Below, piece by piece: positions 38,104 through 48,600 of a DNA stretch of 64,000 nucleotides. The number at the start of each line of letters is the position of its first letter. Position 1 is the first letter of the stretch. The stretch spans positions 1,440,001 to 1,504,000 of the forward strand of contig CATQHZ020000001.1 in the NCBI GenBank assembly GCA_958296135.2, written 5' to 3'. Origin of the DNA: an uncultured Poribacteria bacterium. Lineage in GTDB: Bacteria > Poribacteria > WGA-4E > WGA-3G. The notes beneath the pieces are model-generated. The model searched no databases and was not told the origin of the DNA. It saw nothing but the letters and a program-made list of their open reading frames with translations. Position numbers and translations under genes: made by a program.

Positions 38104-40527
38104 TTAGTCCTTGAATGTGACGACGGTAACGCCTTCGCCGCCCTGGCTCTGCGGCGCGAGTTGAAATTGGGTGACGTGCGGGTTGTCTCGCAATTCCTCG
38201 TGAACCGCTTTGCGCAAGGCTCCTGTCCCTTTGCCGTGGAGAATGCGCACCGTTGGCACACCGGCAAGGTAGGCATCGTCAAGGTATTTATCCGTAATCT
38301 CTACCGCCTCGCTCACCAGCATGCCCCGAATGTTGAGTTCACTTTGGATAGTGTTTGCCTTGCTATACTGAATATCCAGCACGGACGTTGAGATGTTTGC
38401 AACCTCACGTTTCGGTTGAATTGTGTCAATGTCACCGTAGGCGACTTGCATGTGCATGTTGCCCACCGCAATTTTAAGCGGGCTACTGCTCTTCGGTACA
38501 ATGGAGGTGACTTCCCCGAATCGGTTCAATTTTTTGAGGCGCACCTTGTCCCCGATAGCAACTTTCGGCGTGGAGGGTTTCGGCTGTTTTTTGACAGGAG
38601 CCTTCGGTTTCAGCTGTTTTTTCGCCGTTTCGATTTTTGCGAACGCGGCTTGGATGCTTGCTTTAGCGGCATTTTCGCGGCGGATATCGGCGATAAGTTT
38701 CTCTACCGTGCGTCGCGCGTTGGAGACGATGTCTATTGCCTCGTTTTCGGCCTTCTCTTTTAAGACGCGCTGTTCTGTTTCAAAACTTTGAACGAGCCGC
38801 TCGTGTTTTTGGGTTGTCGCTTCAGCGTCGCGAATTTTCGCTTGGAGGCGTGCCCGCTCTGTTTCCAAGGCATTTTTCGTCTCTTGCAGTTCGACGAGTA
38901 ACTCTTCGACAGCGACGTTATTGTTGCCTAAGTGGGTTTGCGCTTCGGCGAGTACCTCGGCGGGGATGCCCAATTGCGCCGCAATTTTAATGGCGTTGCT
39001 ACTGCCCGGCACCCCCACCTGCACGCGATATGTCGGGCGTAGCGTCGCCCAGTCGAATTCCATTGAGGCGTTTTCCATCTGTGCTTGGGTATGCGCATAC
39101 GCCTTGAGCGCGCCGTAGTGTGTTGTGACGATGGTGTTAACCTGGTGTTGCGCGAGCCAATCAAGTAGTGCCATGCTGAGCGCGGTGCCTTCACTCGGGT
39201 CTGTGCCGGCACCGATTTCATCTAACAGCACGAGCGTGTGTGTGTTATGAGCATCGGCGATATGTTCAAGCATCTCGGCGATTTTCGTCATGTGCGAGGA
39301 AAAGGTGCTCAGATTCTGTTCGATGCCTTGTTCATCGCCGATGTCGGCGAAGATTTGATGGAAGATAGCGGTTTGACTTCCCTTCGCGGCGGGGATGTGC
39401 AGACCGGATTGCGCCATCAGTGCCAGCAATCCTACTGTTTTGAGGACGACGGTTTTTCCGCCGGTATTCGGTCCGGTGATAACGAGCGTTTTAAACGATT
39501 TGCCGATATGGATGTTTGTTGGCACGACGCGCGGCGGGAGGGTGTTCCTGTCTTGTTCAGTCAGCGGCGGTGATGCCTTTTTCAGATGGAATTCAAGCAG
39601 TGGGTGTCGTGCGTCAACGAGTTTGACAATGCCGCGGGTATTCAACACAGGTTCAACGGCGTTCAGTGTGATGCTGAAACGTGCCTTAGCGTTCAGAAAA
39701 TCGAGTTCCGCCAGCAGTTCCAAGGCGAGTTCAAGTTCGTGTAGGTTCTCCCGCACTTCGTCTGTCAGTGTGAGGAGGATGCGTCGGATTTCGCGAAGTT
39801 CCGCTTCGGCTGCTTCATGGAGCGCGTTGTTCATTTCAACGATGGCTAGAGGTTCCATAAAGAAGGTAGCACCACTCGTCGATTGCCCTTGGACGACACC
39901 GCGGAAAAATGCCCGCGCCTCCTGTTTGATTGGCAAGACGTAGCGATTGTTCCGGGAGGTGATTACCGGTTCCTGAATGGATTTCAGGTAATCCGGTGAG
40001 CGAAGCATCGCCTCTAATTTTTCATGGACATTTTGACGGAGACGCGACAATTTTCGGCGAATGGCACGCAGTTCCGGGCTGGCTCTATCTAGGATTTCGC
40101 CATCGAGGCTGATGCAGTCGGCAACGGCTTTGACTAACGCCGGAAATGATGGGAGCGCGTCCACGATTGAGAAGAGGTGTGGCAGCTCTTCCGGATTGCG
40201 TTTCGCAAACGCGTTGTGGATATCCGATGGAATCCGCGCGACTTTGCTGATATCGAGGAGTTCTTCTGCGTCTAAGATTGAACCGGCTTTGGCGGCGTGA
40301 CGTAGGGAGTTTCCGATGTGTTTTAGGCCACCCAACGGAATCCCGCCGTAGAGTTGCTGGAAAGTTTTTGCTTCGCTGCACAACTTCTGAAGTTGCCGCA
40401 CCGTGTCGACATCATCGTAAGGCGTGAGTGCCTCGACGCGCGCTGCACCGAGTTGCGAGGCGGTATACTTTTTCAGCAGCACCTTCATTTTATCGTATTC
40501 TAAGACTGTTTCAACGCCGGTTAACAT
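38104..40527 (-). CDS. mutS2: Endonuclease MutS2
   Basis: 'ITGPNTGGKT', 'DIGDEQGIEQNLSTFSSHM', 'DEIGAGTDP', Smr domain 'ILHGKGTGALR'. Confidence 0.96.
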   Translation of the reverse strand: MLTGVETVLEYDKMKVLLKKYTASQLGAARVEALTPYDDVDTVRQLQKLCSEAKTFQQLYGGIPLGGLKHIGNSLRHAAKAGSILDAEELLDISKVARIPSDIHNAFAKRNPEELPHLFSIVDALPSFPALVKAVADCISLDGEILDRASPELRAIRRKLSRLRQNVHEKLEAMLRSPDYLKSIQEPVITSRNNRYVLPIKQEARAFFRGVVQGQSTSGATFFMEPLAIVEMNNALHEAAEAELREIRRILLTLTDEVRENLHELELALELLAELDFLNAKARFSITLNAVEPVLNTRGIVKLVDARHPLLEFHLKKASPPLTEQDRNTLPPRVVPTNIHIGKSFKTLVITGPNTGGKTVVLKTVGLLALMAQSGLHIPAAKGSQTAIFHQIFADIGDEQGIEQNLSTFSSHMTKIAEMLEHIADAHNTHTLVLLDEIGAGTDPSEGTALSMALLDWLAQHQVNTIVTTHYGALKAYAHTQAQMENASMEFDWATLRPTYRVQVGVPGSSNAIKIAAQLGIPAEVLAEAQTHLGNNNVAVEELLVELQETKNALETERARLQAKIRDAEATTQKHERLVQSFETEQRVLKEKAENEAIDIVSNARRTVEKLIADIRRENAAKASIQAAFAKIETAKKQLKPKAPVKKQPKPSTPKVAIGDKVRLKKLNRFGEVTSIVPKSSSPLKIAVGNMHMQVAYGDIDTIQPKREVANISTSVLDIQYSKANTIQSELNIRGMLVSEAVEITDKYLDDAYLAGVPTVRILHGKGTGALRKAVHEELRDNPHVTQFQLAPQSQGGEGVTVVTFKD

Positions 40528-40786
40528 CGTTTTTTCCTCAGAATCGTTCTGGGGCAGGCGTTTTCCTGCGTTAGGAGCTGGTGAGCCATCGCTGTTTGAG
40601 GGTGTTTCAGTTCCTCTTGCGATGCGTCAATTTTTCCTTTTGTTCGCGCTGCTTTTTGGGCTGCGTTGCAACGATGCTCTGGGGGATACCGATGACAACG
40701 GCGATGCGCGCGGTTAACGTCAACAGCGGCATGAAGAGCATATCCAACGTGTCAAAAAGATTTAGCGTGCCTTCCGGGAGAAATGC

Positions 40787-41833
40787 TTAATGCTGCGCTT
40801 GGGGACGCTTGAGTTGTCCCCACGTTGTCGCCAATTTTTGCCGAGGTGCGACAGGCAAGTTGGTAATATCCCGCAGCCACGCAACGACGAATATACTGCC
40901 ATCTACCTCCAGCAGTTCTTCTGTCTCCATCGTCTCAAAATTATACACGTAAAGCGTACCCCACCGGGAATAGACGATGAGAGTGCCGTCGGGTGCCCAG
41001 TCACCCCAATAACCTGTGGCTTTGTCAACATCAAACAGCGGTTCTATCGTTTTTGTTTCAACGTCGATGGTGCAGAACGTGTCGAATTCCCTATTCCAAC
41101 GCAGGAAGAGGATGCGTTCGCCGTCGGGTGCCCACACCGGATAGAAGTCTTTGTTCAGTTCGGTTAAGATTTCTATCTCCTTGGTTTCAACGTCTAGCAG
41201 GTAGAGTTGCTCCAACCACCCGGGTCTGGCGAGTGAGAAGACGAGGCGTTTTCCGTTCGGTGCCCAAGAGATTCCCCAGAAGGAATAAGGCCATCCAAAA
41301 TGCGGTACTTCTGTCACTGTTTCCATTTCCCCGGTTGCGATGTCAAGCACCCAGACCTGGTTTTCTTGCGGTACTTGCTCCATCGTCCACCCGCTGAAGG
41401 CGAGTGTCTGCCCGTTTGGCGATACGGATAGAAACCGATAGGTTCCGGAGATTTGGGTGATACGTTTCTTATTTTTCGGGTTGTCGGGGTTAATGGAGTA
41501 GATGTCGGCTTGCCCGGCATCCCATTGCACGAAATAGAGCAGTTCCCCGCGCGGCCCCCACGAAGGATACATGCCTTTATGATTCAGGGGGAGTGCTTTG
41601 AAGTCTTTGGTACCCCGCAGGGCGGTGGTGTAGAGGTTCCAGTCAAAGCGGCCTAGATTTTCGTCAAAGGCGTTCACGGCATAAGCGAGTCTGCCGTTTG
41701 GCGCGGCGGTAGCGAACGGCACTGCACAGAACAGAAACAGGCATACAACGGCGGTACTGAACGCTATCCACCCGCTCCCTGTTTTTCCGAAATGGGAAGT
41801 GCTAACGATGATACGACTTTTCCTACATTTCAT
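40787..41833 (-). CDS. Secreted TolB/PD40-like beta-propeller protein with C-terminal 'KLATTWG' motif
   Basis: Repeats 'WAPNGKRLVF', 'WAPDGERILF', 'WAPDGTLIVY'; ends 'PVAPRQKLATTWGQLK'. Confidence 0.8.
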   Translation of the reverse strand: MKCRKSRIIVSTSHFGKTGSGWIAFSTAVVCLFLFCAVPFATAAPNGRLAYAVNAFDENLGRFDWNLYTTALRGTKDFKALPLNHKGMYPSWGPRGELLYFVQWDAGQADIYSINPDNPKNKKRITQISGTYRFLSVSPNGQTLAFSGWTMEQVPQENQVWVLDIATGEMETVTEVPHFGWPYSFWGISWAPNGKRLVFSLARPGWLEQLYLLDVETKEIEILTELNKDFYPVWAPDGERILFLRWNREFDTFCTIDVETKTIEPLFDVDKATGYWGDWAPDGTLIVYSRWGTLYVYNFETMETEELLEVDGSIFVVAWLRDITNLPVAPRQKLATTWGQLKRPQAQH

Positions 41834-42962
41834 TGGGATGCCCCTTTTCGCCGGTTGGCGAAGTTGTGAGACGTTTGTAGTGAAGGAGCGCGTTTTCGTA
41901 GAGGCGGCGACTTAACCCTAGGTGCTCGAATTCGACAACTTGGTTATAGTTGTAGAGTGCTGTGCTCGCCTGTCCCTCGGCATCGGCGCGGCGGGCGGCT
42001 TGAACGTTGTTTATCAGCGCGGTGGCACTTTTTTCAAAACGCCCAATCTGCTGCCGCAGTTCTGAAGACAAACCGCTCTCAATGTCCTTGTTCACTTTAT
42101 AGGTGTGGATTGCATCCGTATACGCGACGAATGCTTCAAAATAACGCTTTTCTGCTGCCAGTTGCTCGGCGTTTGCGACGGTTAAAGGTTCCTCTTCGCT
42201 AATGAGAGCGATAACCGCTTTTGCGTCCGCGACTTTTTCCATGCTTTTCTGGGCAAGCCCCTCTTCAAGCGTGCTTCGGAATTCGTCCAGAATCTCTTTA
42301 TAGGTAGCGCGCGCCGTGTCCGGGTCCCCTTGTTTTTCGTAGCAGAGGGCCTGGCTAAATTTGGCGTTGGCGAGCACAAACCGCCGAATCTCTGGAGAGA
42401 CATACGGCGTAGCGGGGAATTGCCGAGTCTGATATGCGGCGATGGCTTTTTCGTAGTCGCCTTCCTGCTCGTAGCAGTTGCCTATCGCTTTCTGTGCATA
42501 GAGGCTGTAAATCTGATTTTCGGGTTGATGCGAGTCAATAATCGCTTGGAACTGTGTGCGTGCGCCGGCGTAATCACCCTGATAATAGAGGGTTTTCGCG
42601 TATTGATAGCGCGCCTTGTCGGCGAAGTCGGTATTCGGGTGTTGCTGAAACACCGCCTGAAGCTGCGGTTGCACCGTTTTCAGTGCTTCTTCGCCTTCGG
42701 CGAGTTTCGCTGAGTCGAGAAGGTTTTCCTCCGCGGTCTGGTATGCCTCAGTCGCCTTGTTCAGGGCGATGGCGGCTTCAGCTCGGCGGCTCTCCTGATT
42801 TTGATGATACGCCGCGTAGCCGCCGACTGCGGCGATGACGACGACGATGCCGATGATGATGGTGCGCAGGTTGTCCTTTAGGAACGCGTAGGACTGCAGC
42901 ACCGCCTCAATGAACTTATCTTGCTTGATTTCTTCTTTGGTTAGCCGATCCCTTTGTGCCAT
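41823..42962 (-). CDS. YfgM-like membrane-anchored TPR protein
   Basis: 'LTKEEIKQDKF', single TM helix, TPR helices. Confidence 0.8.
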   Translation of the reverse strand: MAQRDRLTKEEIKQDKFIEAVLQSYAFLKDNLRTIIIGIVVVIAAVGGYAAYHQNQESRRAEAAIALNKATEAYQTAEENLLDSAKLAEGEEALKTVQPQLQAVFQQHPNTDFADKARYQYAKTLYYQGDYAGARTQFQAIIDSHQPENQIYSLYAQKAIGNCYEQEGDYEKAIAAYQTRQFPATPYVSPEIRRFVLANAKFSQALCYEKQGDPDTARATYKEILDEFRSTLEEGLAQKSMEKVADAKAVIALISEEEPLTVANAEQLAAEKRYFEAFVAYTDAIHTYKVNKDIESGLSSELRQQIGRFEKSATALINNVQAARRADAEGQASTALYNYNQVVEFEHLGLSRRLYENALLHYKRLTTSPTGEKGHPNEM

Positions 42963-43024
42963 GGTTTTCCTCTGTCTCCGGTCTGCGCGCGGTGGTAGCG
43001 CGAATTGATTGTTTTCGGAAGTTA

Positions 43025-43096
43025 AGCGGGTGACGGGAATTGAACCCGCGACCCTCAGCTTGGGAAGCTGACGCTCTACCGCTGAGCTACACCCGC
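43025..43096 (-). tRNA. tRNA-Gly (CCC)
   Basis: Minus strand GCGGGTG...CACCCGC-T, anticodon arm TCAGC-TTCCCAA-GCTGA; upstream TTGACA-N18-TAGACT. Confidence 0.96.
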
Positions 43097-43178
43097 ATTT
43101 TTAATAGTCTACCACATGCGTACGCGAATTGTCAAGATAAAATTGCAAGGCGACATGTCGTTTTCCCGTGCCCGGTTT

Positions 43179-43208
43179 GTAAGGGCGGATAGAGACATCC
43201 GCCCTTAC
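43179..43208. repeat. Family-D REP-like palindrome; other copies near 9697, 12152, 18709, 31967, 33119, 52688
   Basis: gtaagggcggat-agagac-atccgcccttac. Confidence 0.85.
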
Positions 43209-43242
43209 GCACTGAGGGAATGTCCCTGCAAATCGGTAGCCC

Positions 43243-43710
43243 CTATTGCAATTTGTCCAACTCGCTTAGCACTGCTTCGGCGCTCAGCGTATTGTTCGGC
43301 GGGGCATCTTCCACGTGTTTGAAAGCGATGTTGCTGTCCTTGTCAATGATAAAGACTCCGCGTGTCGTGATGCCGACTTCCTCTAGTGCCATGCCGAACT
43401 GCTTGGAGATGGCGAGGTTCATGTCGGCGAGGAGCGGGAAATTGACACCACCGAGTGCCTCGCTCCATGCCTTATGCGCGAACGTGGAATCGCGGTTGAT
43501 TGCGATAACTTCGGCCCCTTTCGCTTTGATGGCGGCGAGATTTTCGTTGAAATCCGGCACTTGTTCGGCGCACACCGGCGAGAAAGCGAGCGGATAGAAA
43601 AGCACCACTAAGTTTTGGCCTTCATAGTCGCTTAACGAAACTTCAACGTCTTCATTGTTGAGCGCGCCTGTTAACGTAAACGCTGGCGCAGCACTTCCTA
43701 CTTTTGCCAT
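43243..43710 (-). CDS. Peroxiredoxin (AhpC/TSA family, 1-Cys AhpE-like)
   Basis: 'FYPLAFSPVC', 'DSTFAHKAW', 'RGVFIID'; SD GAGGAGGT. Confidence 0.88.
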   Translation of the reverse strand: MAKVGSAAPAFTLTGALNNEDVEVSLSDYEGQNLVVLFYPLAFSPVCAEQVPDFNENLAAIKAKGAEVIAINRDSTFAHKAWSEALGGVNFPLLADMNLAISKQFGMALEEVGITTRGVFIIDKDSNIAFKHVEDAPPNNTLSAEAVLSELDKLQ

Positions 43711-43813
43711 AAATAACCTCCTCATGCTACATTTGGGCTCACCGGAAAGAGCCCATAAAATTCTTAATCTTCATCTGATTCTAACCTGTTTGAGCTCAGC
43801 CGAGCTCAAACGA

Positions 43814-44503
43814 TTACTGCCTTTTTAGAGATGCCCACGAAGTCGCAAGTTTCCCCTGGGGTTCAACCGGTGTGACGGGAGTCATCTCCTGGGTGACGCT
43901 GATATCATCGAAACTGGCTTGCGTATCCCATGTCCAAACCCCCACCGTCCCCGTGGGATAAGTGCTATCTGTGAAGACACCTTGTTGGATGCCGTTAATG
44001 GCCACGGCTATCCGGTCGCCTTCAACTTGCACGCTCAGGATAAACCATTCCTGTTTGGTGATTGTAAGGCCGATCGGTTCGATGTTGTGCTCGATTTCGT
44101 CGCGCCCCTCGAACCCGTCTTTAAACGCGGTGCTGCGGCGATGCCGCCACAGTTCCGATTTGTTCTCTTTCGGGCACAGGAGATACACGTAGTATTCAAA
44201 CTCATTCTGTGCGCGAAAGACGATGCCTGCCCAATGCCCTGCTTCGATGCGCACTTTCGCTGAGAGCCCATGGTCGGTCCACGGTTCGCTGTCTACCACC
44301 AATGCGTGCATGGCTTCGCCCCAGCGCGTCGTCTGCTTATAGACACCGTCCTGCACCTTCCAGGTGCCGTTGGAGGCTACCCAGTCGGCGGTGGCATCGT
44401 CAAATGTCCAGCGTGTTTCTTCTGCCGCGCCAAGCGATGCGAATACGAGAAGTAGTGAAAGTGGGATGAAAGCCTGCATGCGGCAGGTGAACAGTAGTGC
44501 CAT
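43814..44503 (-). CDS. Secreted DUF1080/concanavalin-like protein with C-terminal 'KLATSWA' motif
   Basis: 'GTWKVQDG', 'AGIVFRAQ', 'GTVGVW...ASFDDISV'; ends 'VEPQGKLATSWASLKRQ'. Confidence 0.75.
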   Translation of the reverse strand: MALLFTCRMQAFIPLSLLLVFASLGAAEETRWTFDDATADWVASNGTWKVQDGVYKQTTRWGEAMHALVVDSEPWTDHGLSAKVRIEAGHWAGIVFRAQNEFEYYVYLLCPKENKSELWRHRRSTAFKDGFEGRDEIEHNIEPIGLTITKQEWFILSVQVEGDRIAVAINGIQQGVFTDSTYPTGTVGVWTWDTQASFDDISVTQEMTPVTPVEPQGKLATSWASLKRQ

Positions 44504-44531
44504 GAGACATTTCGTTATGTCCAGGGCTCCG

Positions 44532-44601
44532 GTAGGCTCGGTTTGAAAGCGTCTACGGTGTCGCCCTGGTTGGGGTAGGCGCGGTTTTTAGCCGCGCCTA
44601 C
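44532..44601. repeat. Two family-C REP-like palindromes; other copies at 16910-16936, 20736-20759, 29905-29931, 52648-52674, 58125-58151
   Basis: gtaggcgcggttt(n)aaa(n)cgcgcctac consensus. Confidence 0.85.
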
Positions 44602-44614
44602 GGTACTGTGCACG

Positions 44615-45376
44615 TTACTTCGCTTTTAGTGATGCCCACTGGGTGGCGAGTTTCCCCTGCGGGTCCACCGAGAGCGTCCCGATTTCTAGGCTCTGGATCT
44701 CTTTCTCTGTCAGCGCGACCCCGTAAATTCGGGATTCCTCGATGTGCGCGTTCAGATCGCCGGGGCCGCCGAGGCCGTCGGTGTGCCGCTTGCCCCAAAT
44801 CGCTTCAGCATCGCCGGTGGGCCAGGTCTTGAGTTCACCTTTGGTATAGCTGCCGAGGCTTTCGCCGTTGCGGTATCCCGTAACCTCGTAATTCCCGCCG
44901 TCATTTTTGTACGTGACGGCTAAGAAAATCATCTCGCCTTCCTTCTTTTCGTTAACGGCTTTCGGGAAATCTTCGGTGCGGTGAAACCAGCTGCTGCCGG
45001 ACATCCACTGATTCGGTTGGCGTTCGGCATAGACGAGTCCGTTAAACTGGTCTTCGGTTTCCTTGTCAAGCGTCAGCGCGGAGCCCGCGGTTGCGGCGAG
45101 GTCGTCCAACGCTACCCACGACATCAAGGTTTTCTCTTCAATATCGGGACCGCCATACTCGAGGGCGTGTGCCCATTTCCCGGTCTCGACAATCAGTTGT
45201 CCGTCCTTGAGTTCGGCACCGTGAAGGGCTACGTCATCCCAGTTGCCCATCTCGTCTTTCTCGCTATCAAAGAGCCACCATCCGAGCAGGTGTTCTTCTT
45301 GCGCGTTTTGCGCGAACGCCGCTAGGGAGAAGCTCAGCATCAGCAGTGCCGCGCATACAGCATAGGCTGTTCTCAT
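44615..45376 (-). CDS. Secreted LamG-like jellyroll protein with C-terminal 'KLATQWA' motif
   Basis: 'LGWWLFD', 'TLMSWV', 'AHIEESRIYGVALTEKEI'; ends 'SVDPQGKLATQWASLKAK'; SD GAGGAGG. Confidence 0.8.
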   Translation of the reverse strand: MRTAYAVCAALLMLSFSLAAFAQNAQEEHLLGWWLFDSEKDEMGNWDDVALHGAELKDGQLIVETGKWAHALEYGGPDIEEKTLMSWVALDDLAATAGSALTLDKETEDQFNGLVYAERQPNQWMSGSSWFHRTEDFPKAVNEKKEGEMIFLAVTYKNDGGNYEVTGYRNGESLGSYTKGELKTWPTGDAEAIWGKRHTDGLGGPGDLNAHIEESRIYGVALTEKEIQSLEIGTLSVDPQGKLATQWASLKAK

Positions 45377-45453
45377 TGTCCTTTTCCTCCTCAACTTTCG
45401 TTGTTTCGGTTTGGCAATTTCATATCGCAAGTTACGATATACAGGTTACATAT

Positions 45454-45482
45454 ATTATATCATATTTTACGTTAAATGTCAA
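45454..45482 (-). promoter_or_regulatory. Consensus extended -10 sigma70 promoter
   Basis: Minus strand TTGACA, 17 nt, TATAAT preceded by TGn, in an AT-rich spacer. Confidence 0.8.
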
Positions 45483-45615
45483 ATATTTTTCACAAACGCG
45501 TTTAATATCCAATTACGTTGATGTGTCAGGTGTATTTACGGCGGAGATGCGCCGGCCTCGTAGTCATGGCGAGGGAAACCCTCGGCGATTCGCGCTCGCT
45601 GGGTTTTCCCTCGCG

Positions 45616-48600
45616 CTACGGGCCCCGGAATTTGTCAGGTAACGCCTCAATAATCTTCAACGTCTCCAAACTGACGGTGATGACTGAACCGATGAGGTTC
45701 ACGATATACCGCGGCTTCTCCGCATCGCTCGGGTCGTTCACAATCCCACTCCTCGGGTCTGACTTGACTCGATACTGGTTCACTACCCACTCTAACGCCG
45801 AATACTGTCCCAACCGATACGCTAAAGCCTCCTGTGGAATCCCCTCCAACGTCAAAAATTGGTTATAGATGAGTTGTGTCTTGTCTTTGGATAACTTCAT
45901 CCGTTTGACGCGGAAATCAAGTTGCTTCGTCGCGTTTTCCACGAAGGTAAGCGGGTACTGCGGTTGTGTCTCATAATGAACGTGGAGTTCGGCGAGCTGC
46001 GCGCCGGCATCGGCAAATGCCCGGAAATCCTCGGCATAGGGAAGGTGCGGTAAATCGCGCTTGAGATCGGCGGTGTAACGTTCGCGATAGTCCGGATGGT
46101 GCAGGATGCCGTAGGTATAGTTGAAAATATCCCACTTCGTGAGGGTGTCGTCGCCGTAGTGCGCGCGGAAGTTTTCTAGTGCCCAATCGGTGATGTTTTC
46201 TCGGCGGTTGGTGCCGTCTTCGTCGTAAATGTAGAAGGGAAAGCACTGGTTGGCATCAAGCGTAATGAGTGCTGTATTCGGGATGACATTTGTCACACAA
46301 CACCAAAACGGCGCGCGGCCACCAGGACCAGGTACACAAATTACGCGATTCTCTCCTTCGGTTTCTGGATTCGGAAAGGTAATCGGGAAGATGGATTTTC
46401 GGTGCGTGAGGACGTTGTCAAAAAATAGGTTCGTTTTCGTAAAGGGACGAAAGAGGGCCCGGCGAATTTTTGATGGCGAAAATTCGGCGCGTTGTCCGCT
46501 CACCAATTTCTGTTTTAGCCCTGAGCTCCACTTGATTTTGGCGTTATCGTCTACGACAAAGTCATCGACGTGTGCGCGGGAGACTTCGGGTGTGCCCTGC
46601 CACCTGAGCATCTCCATATTGTAAGTGTCAATGGTGCATTTGACCTTTTCGGTGAGCGTAGTTCGGTTAAAATTGTAGAGCCAGGCATCTCTCGCGGTCT
46701 GGCATCCTATGCCGTATTGATGGAAAATGGCACCGGAGACTTCGCCTTTGCTTTTTTTCGCTGTCTGACTTCCGATTGGGATGAAGGTGTCAAAGTCTGC
46801 CTGAAGCCCTTCGGTGAGCCAGGTGTGCCGTTTATCGGGTTGAAGCGTTTGCCACTCGATGTTGCCAACGTGTTCGGTTTGCGCGAGGAACTCGAATTTC
46901 TTGCTTTTGTTCCACGTGTCGTCAGTGCGGTAGTAGAAGATGCGCGCTGTCGGGGCTGGGAGGGTTTTCCTATCGGAGGTTGTCGAGACCGGGAGGCCTC
47001 TCCTACTGGAAGTTGTCGGGGCTGAGAGGTCCCTCCTACTGGAAATCGAGACCGGGAGGTCTCTCCTACTGGAAGTCGGGGCTGGGAGGTCTCTCCTACA
47101 GGGGTTTTTGACGAACAGATTGATGCTCACGCCGACTTGGATGCTGAACACGTTCGCGTTGGAGGCGAGTTTGTCTTTCCGTGCGTTTCCACCCAGGTCG
47201 AGGAGCCAGAGCGCGTCAAACTCTTCGGCGAGATGTTTGCGCATGCCATCAAACGACGTGCTGTCCAGGAAGCTGCGATTCGTCACGAGTGCGATGATGC
47301 CTTCTTCCCCAATCCGGTCTGCTGCCCATCGGATTGCTTTGACGTAAGCGTCGCCCAATGCTTTCTTGGTTGATGCAGCCGAGGCCTGCGAGTAGGTTTC
47401 TTGGACCCGCTTGTTTAGTGCTGGGTATTTCTGATTTTTGTTGTTATCGTTCTCATTCTTCTGCCCGACGTTATAGGGCGGATTTCCGATGACGATAAAC
47501 ATCGGTGCTGCCTTCTGCTTCTCGACGCGCTCGGTATTTTCGATGGTTAATAGCGATATCTGCCGGTCTTCCGCCAAATCGAACGTGTCCACGAGGGAGA
47601 TGCCTTTGAAGGGGAGGTATTCTGTCGTGGTATCGTAAAACTCGTGTTCAATGTTAAGGCTGGCGATGTAGTAGGGCAATAACAAGACTTCGTTGCACCA
47701 GATTTCTGAGCGGTATTTCGCCTCAAGTTTCGTTTTGGGGATTTCGCGCATGAGCCGCACGATGAAGTTTCCTGTGCCGACAAACGCATCGATGATGTGA
47801 ACGCCTTCATCGGCGAGGGAGCGTCCGAATTCGGTTTTGAGGAGCTGTTCAACGCTCTTCACCATGAAATCGACAATCGGCTGCGGGGTGTAGACGATGC
47901 CGTGCGTGTCTGCCTTTTTGATGGAGAAGCCTTGGAAAAATTGTTCGTAGACGGTATTGAGGAAGTGCTGTTTCTGCGCGAAGTCAACGAGCGTTGCTGC
48001 CTCGCGTTCGATGGCGCGGTAGAACCGGTCGAGTTTTTGAAGGAACACGCCGCGGCTGAACGCCTTGGATGCGAGTGCATCGATGACCTTCTCGATTTCG
48101 CGTGCGATGACGTTGCGCCGCGTAAAATCGGGCGTGTTAAAAACGGTGCGGAAGGTGCGTTCTGTCAAGAGGTGCTGGATGAGCATTTCCTCCACGGCTG
48201 CCTTGGAGAGGTTTGGGTTAATAGCGGCTTGGCAGAGTTGATGGAAATCGGCGAACGCTGTCTGGAATTGTGTGTTGGTTCGGTGTTGCTTCTTGATGAG
48301 TTCCTGCGCTTCGCGTCCGAGTTCTGGCACACGCACTTTAAATTCAGCGACAGCGGCTTCCCATTCGGCGGCGTTTTCGCGTTCGTAGGAAAAGAATGCT
48401 TCTAGCACGGAGACAAGCGTGCTCGGTTCAGTGATGTTTTCGTCAAGGACGAGGTGTCCGTTCTGATATAAAATGGCGCGTTCGGGGGTTTGGAAGAGGA
48501 TGTTGTCCTGGGGGTAGCCGGCGTTGAATTTCTTTTCGATTTCGGCGCGGAGATTGCCCTTGACACCTTTCGCTTCCCAGGTGCCGCGGGGTAGGCTGTG

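Noticed and set aside
36264-38282. 672-aa DnaG with an N-terminal extension overlapping mutS2
   Set aside because: The extension is out-of-frame mutS2 sequence; the ATG at 38078 with an upstream GAGG gives a normal primase start.
40528-40786. Small gene between the TolB-like gene and mutS2
   Set aside because: Only short ORFs with no motif or clear RBS.
46948-47100. Possible CRISPR or DGR-type repeat
   Set aside because: Gaps between units are only 5-8 bp, the array is in-frame in a CDS, and there is no reverse transcriptase or adenine-specific variation.
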